Assembly: GCF_001194135.2 (NCBI RefSeq) | Contig: NC_068993.1 | Coordinates: 37,858,018 to 37,890,042, forward strand | Direction: 5' to 3' | From: Octopus bimaculoides | Taxonomy: Eukaryota | Length of the DNA stretch: 32,025 bases | Part shown: positions 1-13,023 of the stretch, piece after piece | Position numbering within the stretch: the first letter of the stretch is position 1 | Layout of the letters: every line of letters begins with the position of its first letter | Notes under the pieces: generated by a model | The model's database searches: none | Seen by the model: the letters and a program-made list of their open reading frames with translations, nothing else | Told to the model about the DNA's origin: nothing | Translations under genes and position numbers: made by a program

Positions 1-30
1 ATATATATATATATATATATATATATATAA

Positions 31-175
31 CTGCAGGCAGTCCGTCGGTTACGACGACGAGGGTTCCAGTTGATCCGATCAACGGAACTGTTTGCTCGTG
101 AAATTAATGTGCAAGTGGCTGTGCACTCTACAGACACGCGTACCCCTAACGTAGTCCACTGGGAATAATACAATC
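31..175 (+). mobile_element. Internal fragment of an abundant octopus SINE
   Basis: GACGACGAGGGTTCCAGTTGATCCGATCAACGGAAC...GTGAAATTAATGTGCAAGTGGCTG...CAGACACGCGTACCCCTAACGTAG matches a cephalopod SINE body I recognise from memory. It is truncated at a (TA)n tract. Confidence 0.6.
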
Positions 176-674
176 GCTATTTCTTCCATTGAAAAGCTAT
201 CTCAGCAAAGCTTCATAAGATAAAGAAAATGTATTTTCCAGAAAGTTATAGGACACTCGTCTTGCACCTCTCTTATTAACTCTCTTATTCCCTCTGCTCT
301 TTTCTCTGTACACTGTAAACCGTGACTGGACAAACCAACCAACCAGCCAACCAACCGACTACCCAACATCTTAATCCGCTTTAAACCAGCAGCAAAGGTT
401 AATGACTAGCAAGCCCGTAATATCTCTGATTATCTGCGATAAACATTGCTTTGAATTAATTCAAACGAGTTTACATTAATTCATTATGTACCTTAGTCAC
501 GTAGTTATAGAATTAATGATGTGTATTCGTAACGAAACAGCCGTCGAAACTTAAAAATCGTTTGAGTCGATTATGCTTATCCATGCATATTTCTTCCACC
601 TGAATTTACCACAATGTTATACATGAGTTAGACTTTTACGACCTATTATAAATTGAGCTCTTAATTACCGTGGA

Positions 675-687
675 TATATACATACAT

Positions 688-783
<96 letters not shown>

Positions 784-784
784 G

Positions 785-823
<39 letters not shown>

Positions 824-855
824 ATACATTTGCATGTATGCATGTGTGTGTGTAT
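675..855. repeat. Compound (TA)n/(TACA)n/(TG)n microsatellite
   Basis: Directly visible and representative of many such tracts in the window. Confidence 0.95.
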
Positions 856-1299
856 ATAAACGCAAAAACACTTACAGATACGTGTCTTGATTATAGGTCT
901 GTGAATCAACCTGTTTTTTTTTTTTCGTTTTTACTTAAAAAAAAAAGCTATAACAGTTACAATAATATACAATATTGTTCACGGCTCCATGCCAGAAAAT
1001 GTGAAATTGGATTTTCACAAGAGAATTCGATAATTTACCATTCCTGGTACAAATCTATTGGACTTTATAATATCATAGCGTAGAAGTTATTATACGCGCG
1101 CGCACGCACACACGCACACAGAGAAGCAGAAACTCAGATGTATAGCAAGAGATGCAGTATGTGCAGTGAAAGAGAACAGCAAATATATGACTACAAATGA
1201 TGCAATAGGAAAGAGTGAGAGTGACAGAGAGAGAGAGAGAAAGAGAGCAGGGAGGAAAGAGGGGAGAACTAGGCTAGTTTATTTATTTATCTATTTACT

Positions 1300-1403
1300 T
1301 AATTATCATTATTATTATTGTTATCATTATTGTTATTATTATTATCATTATCATTATTATCATTATCATTATTATTGTTATTATTATTATTATCATTGTT
1401 ATT

Positions 1404-1435
<32 letters not shown>

Positions 1436-1531
1436 CATCATCATTATTATTATTATTATTATCATTATCATCATCATCATTATTATTATTATTATTATTA
1501 TTATCATTATTATTATTTTTATCATTGCTAC

Positions 1532-1558
<27 letters not shown>
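1300..1558. repeat. (TAT/CAT)n trinucleotide microsatellite
   Basis: Directly visible. Confidence 0.95.
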
Positions 1559-1563
<5 letters not shown>

Positions 1564-1738
1564 TATTATTTTCTGTTTCTTTAATATATTTCTAAATAGA
1601 TTTGTCACAAAACACTCAACTATCATGGTACGGAGTCGGTGATATGTTTAATCGTTTCTTTCTTTCTTTCTTTCTTTCTTTTTCAAGTTGACTGTTTGTG
1701 AAAGAGGAGATGATGATAAATATGATAAAGACGACGAC

Positions 1739-1771
<33 letters not shown>

Positions 1772-2568
1772 GGTGGTGATGGCACTAGCATTTGATCATG
1801 ATGGCAATGGTGGCTTGCCGAAACGTTAATTGTCAAACTTCTAGTAGTAACGATGGTGCCGGTGGTAGTTGTAGTAGTGATGGTGGCGGGTGGTGGTNNN
1901 NNNNNNNAGGTGATGATGTATTGATGTTGTTTTGAAAAAAAAAAAACTTGTCATTTTGGATTACAGGATATAATCACTTGGAGTAATAACGCCACAAGTA
2001 AATCCAACTTCCTGTAGTAGGCCTCCTCCTCCTCCTCCTCCTCCTCATCATCATCACCACTACCATCACGATTGTCAACAACAAACAAACAACACTAGCA
2101 ACAACAATTACATCAGCAACAATCTACAGTGGCCAACTCTTGAGATCGCATTTCACAAATTTTATTATTTTGCATGATCTTTAACCAATTCTATAGAAAC
2201 ATTGCTGTGGAACTAAGAAGAAATGGTCACAAGAAAAAAAAAAAAGAAAAAGAAGGAAAAAACGCAAGAAAAGAAAAGAAAGGAAATCTACTCTACAAAC
2301 AATACAGGGTTTTTAAGAGCCTTTCCCATCTCTGCCCGCACCTCCTCCCCTATTATGGTCATTATACAGTCATAATTATATACTCATTAGAACACCAATT
2401 GGGTTTATAGCCAACCAATTTAGCGTGGTGGCCGTGGTAGGGAAGGTGTCACTTGTGTTCTTTAAAGTGAACCAAACAACAAGATTGTTCTTTTTTTTTT
2501 TTTTAATCAAAATAATTTAAGTGAAAACAAAAAAGAAAACATTGGAGTCTAAGGAAACCATATACACT

Positions 2569-2640
2569 GGTCCCGTGGTGTGATTGTGGGCACTTTGGAC
2601 TCTGAATCCAGCGATCCTAGTTCGAGTCTCCGTACAATCT
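2569..2640 (+). pseudogene. tRNA-Gln(CTG) pseudogene
   Basis: GGTCCCGTGGTGTGATTGTGGGCACTTTGGACTCTGAATCCAGCGATCCTAGTTCGAGTCTCCGTACAATCT aligns with metazoan tRNA-Gln. The anticodon arm TTGGA-CT-CTG-AA-TCCAG is intact (anticodon 2602-2604). The acceptor stem 3' strand does not pair and the T-stem has two mismatches. Confidence 0.8.
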
Positions 2641-2680
2641 TAACCGACATACGCTTTGTATCGAGTTGGCAATCCAGACA

Positions 2681-2782
2681 GAGCAGTGGGCTGGCGGAGT
2701 CGTTAGAACTTCGGACAAGTTGTTTTGCGGTGTCTGTTCCAACACTTTTGCGTTCTGAGTTCAAATCTCGCCGCGGCCTACG
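2681..2782 (+). mobile_element. Diverged tRNA-derived SINE head
   Basis: A-box-like CTGGCGGAGTCGTTAG and B-box GAGTTCAAATCTCGCCG, collinear with the SINE at 5988. Confidence 0.6.
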
Positions 2783-3118
2783 AAATCTTTATCTATCTAT
2801 CTATCTATCGCGAAAATTGGATGCTATGTTAATTGATTGATAATATAGAAACCCTTAGCATTAGGGTGCAGTGACTGCTCCCCTTGCTGCTTCTCCCTAA
2901 AATCCGAAGTAACAAGTTGTTGACAATTGTTAGTCATAATGCAGTATGGTAAAATGATGCTTTTAGTTAAGAGTTGACTAGTTGCTTCGCTAGTTTGCTT
3001 AAATACGAAGAACAGGTGCCCTAGCAACAGCTACACATAAAACTCGCTCACACATACAAACCTCACCCAATAAATCTGTATGTTATACCACAATCTGTGT
3101 GTATATATATATATATAT

Positions 3119-3352
3119 TGATAGAAAGGACAACAAAAGAAAGAAAGAGACCTCGATATTATGTAAATAGAGGAATTTATCTGTAAAAATGTGACACTTA
3201 TTCGGTAGCCATGGTAAACTCCGGGTCATTTTTCGCAGGAATTTTCAATGGCCGGATAACTGAAGAGATAGCGGCGTGGGTTCCCACCCCGGCATCCGAA
3301 ACTCGGAGTTTTATCATCGCTACCGAATAAGTGTCACATATTTTTACAGATA
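3119..3352 (+). mobile_element. Non-autonomous hairpin (MITE-like) element, copy 1
   Basis: Inverted arms of ~45 bp: ATCTGTAAAAATGTGACACTTATTCGGTAGCCATG... and ...CATCGCTACCGAATAAGTGTCACATATTTTTACAGAT. A ~60 bp one-sided extension precedes them, and (TA)n flanks both ends. Second copy at 9079-9316. Confidence 0.8.
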
Positions 3353-4348
3353 TATANNNNNNNNNNNNNNNNNNNNNNNNNNNNNNNNNNNNNNNNNNNN
3401 NNNNNNNNNAGTGTAGTTTTAAATGATCCCTTAAAAAGTTGACCATAGATCTCCGACCTGGGGTTAAACGAAAATATCCACACGTGTGTATGTGTGTGTG
3501 CAATGTGTGTGCGTTTACGAATATTCTGCCAGAATTTCTTCAGAATGTACGTCGCCATTTTTACAGAACTTAAAGGCGTGCGTGACTGTGTGTGTGTGTG
3601 TGTGTGTGTGTGTTTAAAAGTTTGTTGTTGAGTCTATGAGAAACAAGAATTTCCCCTGCGTTTAACAAAAGTGTTTTGAGAACGTAAAAGCTTACAAACA
3701 CGAACACAAATTTGTTTGTGTTTGTTGCGCTGCTGCTACTGTTGTTGTTGCTGTTGTTGTTGTTGTTGTTGTTGTTGTTTTTGTTGAGGGTTACCATTAA
3801 GGGCCTCTTGAAACGCCAAAGAGGCCTCTATGAATCATCAAGTCCAGTTGATGGCCACCACTTGGTGCTGGCTGCTGGTTCTTCTGAAGCTACAGGTTTT
3901 CAAACAGAAATTGTCTTTTTAATTAACTAGAGAAAAACAACAACCACCACCACCACCACAACAACAACAACAACAACGACGACGACGACAACACAAACAA
4001 CAACCACTACAACAAGAACAACAACAGCAACAGCAACAACGACGTCTAGAAAGTTCCACTGATCTTATTTTTGTCATAAATGTTTTCTAATTACCGGTCA
4101 AAATAATATTGAAATAGAACTATGATTCATGTCATCTCACAAACAGTGGGAGAGTATGTGTGTGCATATGTGTGTATGAGAGTGTGTGTGTGTGTATGTG
4201 TGTATATGTGTGTGTGTTTATATGTGTGTGTGTGTGTGTGTTTGATGACTACTTGAAACACAGAGTATGTATGTGTAGCATGTGTTGCACAGCTGAATGA
4301 AGTCTTAAATGTATGCAGCACGTAATGTAAGTATATAGGAAACTATGC

Positions 4349-4381
<33 letters not shown>

Positions 4382-4768
4382 AGCTGTATGTACAAGAAGA
4401 ACTCAACTTACGTTGGTAAATGATTGCAAGTCATGCAACTCAAGTTGGAAAGCGACGTAACACGGAAAAGCATTTAAAAAAATAAAAATTATGTTAGTTT
4501 ATATCTGTTTCAATAAATATGATCTGTACACATTCTCACATGTATCGGAATTGGTTTTCCACGTCAGTGTTAGCTTTTAGGTGGGTTTTGTTCTTTAGAA
4601 AAAAAAAAAAAACTTTTATGCTTTAAAAGTTTGCTGAGACCGACATAAAGTTGGTTAAGTCGACTTAAATTGAGGTTTATTTTTCCACTCGTTTCTTAAA
4701 AAACAACAACAAAAACACTATGCAAACCGAAAACATGTAACGTATATACACACATGCATATAATACTG

Positions 4769-4806
<38 letters not shown>

Positions 4807-5067
4807 NNNNNNNNNNNNNNNNNNNNNNNNNNNNNNNNNNNNNNNNNNNNNNNNNNNNNNNNNNNNNNNNNNNNNNNNNNNNNNNNNNNNNNNNNNNNNN
4901 NNNNNNNNNNNNNNNNNNNNNNNNNNNNNNNNNNNNNNNNNNNNNNNNNNNNNNNNNNNNNNNNNNNNNNNNNNNNNNNNNNNNNNNNNNNNNNNNNNNN
5001 NNNNNNNNNNNNNNNNNNNNNNNNNNNNNNNNNNNNNNNNNNNNNNNNNNNNNNNNNNNNNNNNNNN

Positions 5068-5188
<121 letters not shown>

Positions 5189-5987
5189 CAACATAAACCT
5201 GTGATATGGTTACAGGAAAGGTTGTTTCACGGATTCGATTAAATAATACTGGAACTAAGAAAAGAGGAAACACGGTATGCAGTCGCTCAAATTGCAAGAA
5301 ACAGCAGCTCATACCTCAACTCTCATCTTAGTGTTTTAAAGAGAGAAGGACACTAAATGCAGAAAATAAAATACAGGAACACGCGAGATGCTTTCAGAAG
5401 TAGCTTCCAATGTGGCTGACGGTTAGGTGAACAACAGCAACAACAATAACAACAACAACAACAACAACAACCAAACACGCTTAATGATTCACTGGCGTTG
5501 AAGTGTCTTGTCGAAGGGCGTGAGTTGTTACCTACAATAAACTTGTGAATCTATGACTTACTTACCTATTTCTCAAGTGACAAATCTTATCTTATATACA
5601 TGTGTGTGTGTGTGTGTTTCTTTTTATTAATACATAAAAAAGTACAGTATTAATTGAATTAAATAAAAAACTGAATAGGTGTAATAGTGTCAAATATTTA
5701 TTATTATTTTTTTAAGGACAACAGCGAATTTAAAGTTTCACCAAGTTTTTCTTGTCAAACAATAGTAGAAGTCATCAATTTAGTCATCCTTTTGGGGATA
5801 TTCAAGGCGGTATATACAATATTATCAAATCTGGTGTGTGACTATTGAGAGAACAATAACTATGAAGAACCACTAGAAGTGGCCAAAGTCGGGTTTCGTC
5901 CCACAGATTTTAAGATACTCAAGTAAAGGGACCAACATAGAAGATGAAAGTCGTGTATTAGGTAAGTTTTATATTCGTGTAGCTGTT

Positions 5988-6200
5988 AAGGCGGTGCGTT
6001 GGCAGAATCGTTAACACACCTGGCAAAATGCTTAGCGGCATTTCGATCACGTTCCGTGTTCGAATTCCTTCGAGTTCGACTTTGCCTTTCATCCTTTCGG
6101 AGAACGATAAAAGTAAGTAGCAGTTGAACACTGGAGTCGATCTAATCGATTTATTATCCCGCCTCCTGCAAAACTGCAGGCCTTGAGCCCAAATTTGGAA
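5988..6200 (+). mobile_element. tRNA-derived octopus SINE, near full length
   Basis: AAGGCGG...TGGCAGAATCGTTAAC (A box), GTGTTCGAATTCC (B box), body GACTTTGCCTTTCATCCTTTCGG...GTCGATCTAATCGA shared with copies at 11.2, 22.3 and 26.4 kb. Confidence 0.85.
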
Positions 6201-6654
6201 TTTGGAATCGACAAACAACGTGTAGCTGTAAAAATTGTTCTAAAGTTTTTGTTGTTCTTTCTTAATGAAATTATGAAAAAAAAGAAAGAAAGAGGCAAAA
6301 ATATAAACGTTCCGTATTTGAAAATGTAGATATTTGTGGGTAACGAAGTCTTTTTTTACAAGGGAAAACGGGGATTTCTTCTGCAGAAGACTGAGAAAAA
6401 TGTGATTTTATAAAGTCAATAAACTCTTTAATGAATATGTATTTTAATGAATTTAGTTTTAAATATTAAGTCATAAATATCCAAAGTTGAAGAATCCAGG
6501 TTTGTTCTTTTAAAAATGGTCCTTATAAAATTTATATTTTAACAAATATTTTTAGTTTCATTTAATTAATTGTACAACTCTTACATGTCAGAAATTTATA
6601 TTATAATTAAATGAAATAACCATTCTAGCTTTTATTTATTTTAAAAAATACCTT

Positions 6655-6812
6655 TTACTTGCCTCGGTCATTGAACTGCGCACAAGCTGGAGCACCACTT
6701 TGACGGGTTTAAGCAAACAAATCGGACCCCAAGACTTACATTTATAACTTTGTACTTATTCTGGTACTTTGTTTTGTTGAACAGCGAAATTATAGGGACG
6801 TAAACAAACCAA
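6655..6812 (-). mobile_element. 3' part of a second octopus SINE type
   Basis: TTACTTG..GTCATTG.ACT...GCTGGAGCACC.CTTT...GACCCCA.G.CTTA is shared with 25835-25951. Confidence 0.7.
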
Positions 6813-7018
6813 TGTATACACATGGGTGTGAGTGTGTGTATGTGTACATATAGACATTAGTGGCTTCTTTCAGTTTTCATCAACCAAATCAACTCACAAA
6901 AGACTTTCTATAAACTAAGGTTAAGACAGTAATCTTGAAATATTTACACAAAAAGTGGTTGAGTATTCTGTAGACTCGTATACCCTTAACATAATTTTCG
7001 AGTACAATCAGGGTCGCA

Positions 7019-7061
<43 letters not shown>

Positions 7062-7077
7062 CGTGCGCGCGCGACAA

Positions 7078-7268
7078 AGATGTACCGTTTGAATTACCGG
7101 CACAATCAAACCGTTAGGCTTCCGTACAGTCTCTGCGTCCTCGGTTTCATTCACAGGATATCGATCGACTTAACGTTGGGGGACGAGATATTTATTCGAG
7201 ATACCATGTGGTGAGGTTCGAACCAGAGGCCCCACGATTGTGAGGCGACCTTCTTAACCACGTGGCTG
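7078..7268 (-). mobile_element. Diverged tRNA-derived SINE
   Basis: The minus strand reads GCCACGTGGTTAAGAAGGTCGCCTCACAATCGTGGGGCCTCTGGTTCGAACC (A/B-box-like), followed by non-repetitive body ending at a (GT)n tract. Confidence 0.5.
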
Positions 7269-8294
7269 TATTCACACACACACACACACAATAATATAAA
7301 ATTGGAAGACGAAAGCTCACACGCAGATCCGTGTTTAATCAAAAATGTGTGTGTTGATGTGCTTATGTATGTGTATATCTATGTATTTGTATATGTGACT
7401 TGGTGTGTGTGTCCATGTGGATGTGTATGTGTGTACAAATATGTCCCTATGTGTGTGTGTGTGTGTATGTGTGAGTACATACGTATATATGTGCACCTGT
7501 CTGAGTGTGTATAAGTGTCCCGATGTGTATGTGTACCGACCTATGTGTGTCCCCATATATATCTGTGTGTGTGTGTGTGTGTGTGTGAGTGAGTGTGTGT
7601 GTGTGTGTGTGTGTGTGTTGTGTGTGTCTATGCGTACCTATGTGTATGTGCGCCTATGTGTGAGTGTTTGTGTGTGTTACTGCTTGCGACTACAATGCGT
7701 TAGTGAGACAGTACAGAGGTATGTCGACATCTCTGAATAGTGTGTTTAGAAATTAAATGTAGTGTGACAGTTGGGTCTGTTAGATATCNNNNNNNNNNNN
7801 NNNNNNNNNNNNNNNNNNNNNNNNNNNNNNNNNNNNNNNNNNNNNNNNNNNNNNNNNNNNNNNNNNNNNNNNNNNNNNNNNNNNNNNNNNNNNNNNNNNN
7901 NNNNNNNNNNNNNNNNNNNNNNNNNNNNNNNNNNNNNNNNNNNNNNNNNNNNNNNNNNNNNNNNNNNNNNNNNNNNNNNNNNNNNNNNNNNNNNNNNNNN
8001 NNNNNNNNNNNNNNNNNNNNNNNNNNNNNNNNNNNNNNNNNNNNNNNNNNNNNNNNNNNNNNNNNNNNNNNNNNNNNNNNNNNNNNNNNNNNNNNNNNNN
8101 NNNNNNNNNNNNNNNNNCATTATCACAGATAAACAGTGATGGCGGTGGCGGAGCGGAGAGGGTGGTGGTGGTGGTGGTGGTTGTGGAGGACGGTTATGAA
8201 AAGGTGGAAGTAGCGGTGTGAGGAGTCAAATAGTTTCTCTGTAACCAAAGCCACCACCACCACCTTCGAGTTTTTTTGTTGTCCCCCTCTTTTA

Positions 8295-8326
<32 letters not shown>

Positions 8327-8530
8327 ATCTAGCCTCACAGCCCCTCCTCCTCCTCCCCTCCCCCTCTCTCACTACACTCATGCAAGTGCTTGCTCTCTCT
8401 CTCTCTCTCATTCTCTCTCCTTCCTCTTCCGTGTCATGCGACTTATGAAGAAGTGTCTGTTAACTGCACCACCGCCACAACAATAACAACAATCATCATC
8501 ATCATCATTATTAATAGCAGCAACAACAAT

Positions 8531-8561
<31 letters not shown>

Positions 8562-9078
8562 GCAGCAGTCGTTAGCTAATAGTGCAAATAAATAAATAAA
8601 TAAACAAATAAATAAATGAAATGCACTTTCAAGTGTACCTTATTTACCACTGAAAAATAGCACTGCTAACTGCACTACCGCCGCCACCACAGCCACCACT
8701 TCCACCGGTCACTATGAAATGAGGGCTTTTGACATTGGCACACGGCCAAAGTTTAACTGGGGTGGAGCTATCCTCAATAACACACACACGCACACGCACA
8801 CATACATTTAGTGACTTCGAAGTTCCGGCTTGCTCACCTTCGTTAAACATAAAAAAAAAAAATCATCGTTTTAAGGTCCGCCTTTTTTATGCTAGCATGG
8901 GTCATACGGAACATGTATGTATGTATGTATGTATGTATCTATCTATCAATCTGTTTGTCTTTCTGTGTGTGTGTGTGTATAAATATATATAAATACACAA
9001 AAAACACCACAAAGATGAGATGAGAGAGCAAACAGTATGTATGTATGTATGTATGTATACACACACATAAATGTATAT

Positions 9079-9316
9079 ATCTGTAAAAATATGTGACACT
9101 TATTCGGTAGCCATGATAAAACTCGGATGCCGGGATGGGAACCCACGCCAATATCTCATCAGTTATCCGGCCATTGAAAATTCCTGTGACAAAAAAACTC
9201 ACGAGTTTCGGAGTTTTATCATGGCTACCGAATAAGTGTCACATATTTTTACAGATAAATTCCTCTAATTACATAATACCGAGGTCTCTTTCTTTGTTTT
9301 GTTGTCCTTCCTATCA
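9079..9316 (-). mobile_element. Non-autonomous hairpin (MITE-like) element, copy 2, inverted relative to copy 1
   Basis: Same arms. The internal sequence and the one-sided extension (AAATTCCTCTAATTACATAATACCGAGGTCTCTTTC...CTATCA) are the reverse complement of copy 1. Confidence 0.8.
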
Positions 9317-9318
9317 AC

Positions 9319-9370
<52 letters not shown>

Positions 9371-10129
9371 CAATGTCTGTTTTCTGAAGTTATTTATATG
9401 AAAAAAAAAAAACAATTTAACATTAAGCTGAACGAATACTCGATAGAGTACATATTAACTTTCACAAGGAAGAAGTTGACAGTAATCTCTACCTTTCGGA
9501 CGAGCCAACAATTTTTTAAAATAATAATAATNNNNNNNNNNNNNNNNNNNNNNNNNNNNNNNNNNNNNNNNNNNNNNNNNNNNNNNNNNNNNNNNNNNNN
9601 NNNNNNNNNNNNNNNNNNNNNNNNNNNNNNNNNNNNNNNNNNNNNNNNNNNNNNNNNNNNNNNNNNNNNNNNNNNNNNNNNNNNNNNNNNNNNNNNNNNN
9701 NNNNNNNNNNNNNNNNNNNNNNNNNNNNNNNNNNNNNNNNNNNNNNNNNNNNNNNNNNNNNNNNNNNNNNNNNNNNNNNNNNNNNNNNNNNNNNNNNNNN
9801 NNNNNNNNNNNNNNNNNNNNNNNNNNNNNNNNNNNNNNNNNNNNNNNNNNNNNNNNNNNNNNNNNNNNNNNNNNNNNNNNNNNNNNNNNNNNNNNNNNNN
9901 NNNNNNNNNNNNNNNNNNNNNNNNNNNNNNNNNNNNNNNNNNNNNNNNNNNNNNNNNNNNNNNNNNNNNNNNNNNNNNNNNNNNNNNNNNNNNNNNNNNN
10001 NNNNNNNNNNNNNNNNNNNNNNNNNNNNNNNNNNNGAAATGAAACACCTTGAGGTGTTTAATTTAGTTCGTTGCTTTGACAATCCTGCCACTGGCCACAA
10101 TTAAAATATCGAATGAAAGAAACTACGTC

Positions 10130-10206
10130 ACCACCGGCAGGAATCGAACCCACACACCACTAGCTTGCCGGGTAAACATGCTACAGGTTAGTTACACGCA
10201 TCCCCA
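10130..10206 (-). mobile_element. tRNA-like SINE head or tRNA relic
   Basis: The minus strand reads GGGGATGCGTGTAACTAACCTGTAGCATGTTTACCCGGCAAGCTAGTGGTGTGTGGGTTCGATTCCTGCCGG. The B box GGTTCGATTCC is perfect, but there is no convincing cloverleaf. Confidence 0.45.
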
Positions 10207-10743
10207 CCGCCACCCGTTCAGCGTGTAATCATCCCTACGCGAATACTTGCTACATGTTGAGGGGCAGCGGGGAATGGCACTAGCAGCCGCTACCACACTA
10301 ACAACTACCACTCCCACTAGCACCACTACCACCACTATGACGACATACTACAATCACTACCATTCTTGTATTCGCTACTTCCACCGGCCATACAAGCTAT
10401 AACAATGGCAACTCTCACCACCACCACCACCACAATTGCATAAAGGCAATATCCCCCCACCCCACCACTGTAGTAACGACACTCCTACCTTTGCCACTAC
10501 ATCACCATCAGCAGCACCACTGCACCACCAGCGCCACCGCTACCGCTACCGGCGCGGCGGTAACAATGTCGGGCCATGCATCCGGAATACAACAACGTAA
10601 TTTTGTTCTTTAAAAAACAACAACAAATAAATAAAAAAGAAACTATGCAAGTTTTTAAAAAAATTGTGTTGAATTTTATTACTCTCACTCCCATCAAAAT
10701 AATACTCTTTTGTAGTCGTCACACCTGAACACACATGCATATA

Positions 10744-10775
<32 letters not shown>

Positions 10776-10825
10776 CGAATATATGTATAGTTGTATGCAA
10801 TGTATAATGTGTATACTATATAAGT

Positions 10826-10885
<60 letters not shown>

Positions 10886-10939
10886 TTACAATTTGTATAA
10901 AATACAAAGCACACGGTATTATAAATATGTATGTATATG

Positions 10940-10989
<50 letters not shown>

Positions 10990-11226
10990 TATATACATAC
11001 ATATACATAGACGTAAATACATGCATGCATACACACACACACACACTCATGTATATATGCGCATATGTATATATTATTGCACTAAACATGAATTCACGAC
11101 GTCCATGCCTAAATGAAACATACCAGCAATCATGCATGCTTACGAAGACACCACGTTACTTTTCTCGGTGTGTCGTTCGGTAATGGACACGGAGTGCTCG
11201 ATACACTTAAAGAAGAGCTAAAATAA

Positions 11227-11499
11227 TCTTTTCTACGCTAGGCACAAGGCTCGAAATTTTTGGGGAGGAGGAGACAGTCGATTAGATGCCCCCCCCACGT
11301 ACGCAAATGGTACTTTATTTATCGATCCCGAAAGGATGAAAGGCAAAGTCGACCTCGGCGGAATTTGAACCCAGAATATAAAGACAGACGAAATACCGCT
11401 GAGCATTTTACCTGGCGTTCTACCGTTTCTTATTTCTTTATTGCCTACAAGGGGCTATACATAGAGGGGACAAACAAGGACAGACAAATGGATTAAGTC
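11227..11499 (-). mobile_element. tRNA-derived SINE, 5'-truncated dimeric form
   Basis: A full monomer body (CTAGGCACAAGGCTCGAAATTTT...GAAATACCGCTGAGCATTT) is joined to the tail of an upstream monomer (TTTCTTATTTCTTTATTGCC...GGATTAAGTC). The junction is the same as at 22508. Confidence 0.85.
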
Positions 11500-11510
11500 C
11501 ACAGCCTTGG

Positions 11511-11553
<43 letters not shown>

Positions 11554-11658
11554 TGTGGTTGCATGTACATCAATATTGGAATAGGCATGCTCTGTTCTCG
11601 CGTATTGAAAGGAGGGTCTAAAGGGCAGTTGACAGGAAAAGCATCTGGTGGAAAACGA

Positions 11659-11706
<48 letters not shown>

Positions 11707-12288
11707 CATCTATCTACACACACACACAGACACACACATATGTGTGGTGGTGAAATTTGAAATGGAATATTGAAGCATAGAATCGTTTAATGGAAAAAAC
11801 TTTAAAGTCCTTGGACTTTAAACGCGCCAAAATTATGCTCATTCTTGTCTGCATGGCCGATGAGAGGATCTCCATATTTATTAGTCCTATATTCTTTTCC
11901 GTTAATCTTTTCTATGTTCCATTTCTATTTGCACTACTAGATTCACAACGCGCACACTCTTCTAAGCCTATCGCCAATACACACTATCCCCCCCCTCCCC
12001 CCTCCCCCACACACATATGCATCTTTGTATGTGCGTGGAGGAAGTGATGCAGGTAGATGAATAGATAGATAGATCTCTACTAAACCTTTTTGAGAGAGGT
12101 GGTGGGGTAGTGGTAAGGAGGGAAAAAAAAGTGACTGAGTTAAAGTGCAATTCGCCACGAAAGAGCTGGAACTGATAGACAAATCTGGTGAAATCTCTTT
12201 GATGTCTCGAAGAGAAAGTCTGCTTTTAGCAACCATCGCAGACCATCTGTGAAGGCATGGTGCAGTACCAACAGAAACAGGTAATTAC

Positions 12289-12889
12289 TGTAACTGTGAC
12301 GACAATGATGACGGCGACAGAGACGACGATGGAAGATTAATATCTTTCATAGAATCATTGTTGTTGCTAAGCTGACATTTTACTTTGGGACAGCGGCGTT
12401 GTTTCAAGGTGTATATTTTAGATGGAGCCGTGAAGGGTCGGGTGAGTGAAAATAGGTATTCAAGGACGCGAACGCAGATTTGCCTTTTTGGTTAGGCCGA
12501 CAGATATTTTGAATGATGGGTCCCCTGAACTAACCCGTTTCCACCAAATTAGCATAAATGAGTACTGGGTAAGACGACGGGAGAGAAGAGAGCTCGACTC
12601 CATAAACAACCTATCTCACCCTTCATTCACCAGCACACTAAACAAGGCGAGGACCTATCGTCACAAGGCACGGGGACACTAGACCGTTACCCAGGCGTCC
12701 CACAGGTCTAGGGGCTCCGTTCTGATCTATGTATACTGTTGCTTGCTGTCAATAAATAAAAACTTTAGGGTCCAATGCATTGATGCGTCTGGGGTTCCTA
12801 TGATGCTGTTCAAACAGCCTTGACGAGGACAGGACCCCTGCAAGGCTGATTAAGGTGACCAACTTAACAGAGTTGCAGGCTCGTTAACA
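12289..12889 (+). mobile_element. Possible solo LTR
   Basis: A ~600 bp non-repetitive, relatively GC-rich block starts TGTAAC (12289) and ends TTAACA (12869) or GTTAACA (12889), with AATAAATAAA at ~12751. I found no TSD and the ends are uncertain. Confidence 0.35.
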
Positions 12890-12969
12890 GACAACTTCCA
12901 GAGATTTGTATTATGATAGCATCACCTTCATCACCATCACCACTAGATATATATGTGTGCCTGCAAGCA

Positions 12970-13023
<54 letters not shown>

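Noticed and set aside
661-1584. ORFs of YI/HT/CV/poly-Y/poly-L type, here and throughout the track
   Set aside because: They are translations of di- and trinucleotide microsatellites that lack stops; there are no splice or homology signals.
3790-3915. Possible next SoxD exon (ctgtAG|CTTCAGAAGAACCAGCAG...) with a small GGCCTCTT/AAGAGGCC hairpin
   Set aside because: In the required phase 0 it reaches TAA after 30 codons, before the GTAACC donor, and shows no SoxD similarity. An 8-bp stem is expected by chance.
12140-12285. Exon-like stretch with CAG|GTAATT on + and cacAG|ATG on -
   Set aside because: The phase-0 minus reading stops after 6 codons. The plus reading has no homology I recognise and ends in a stop.
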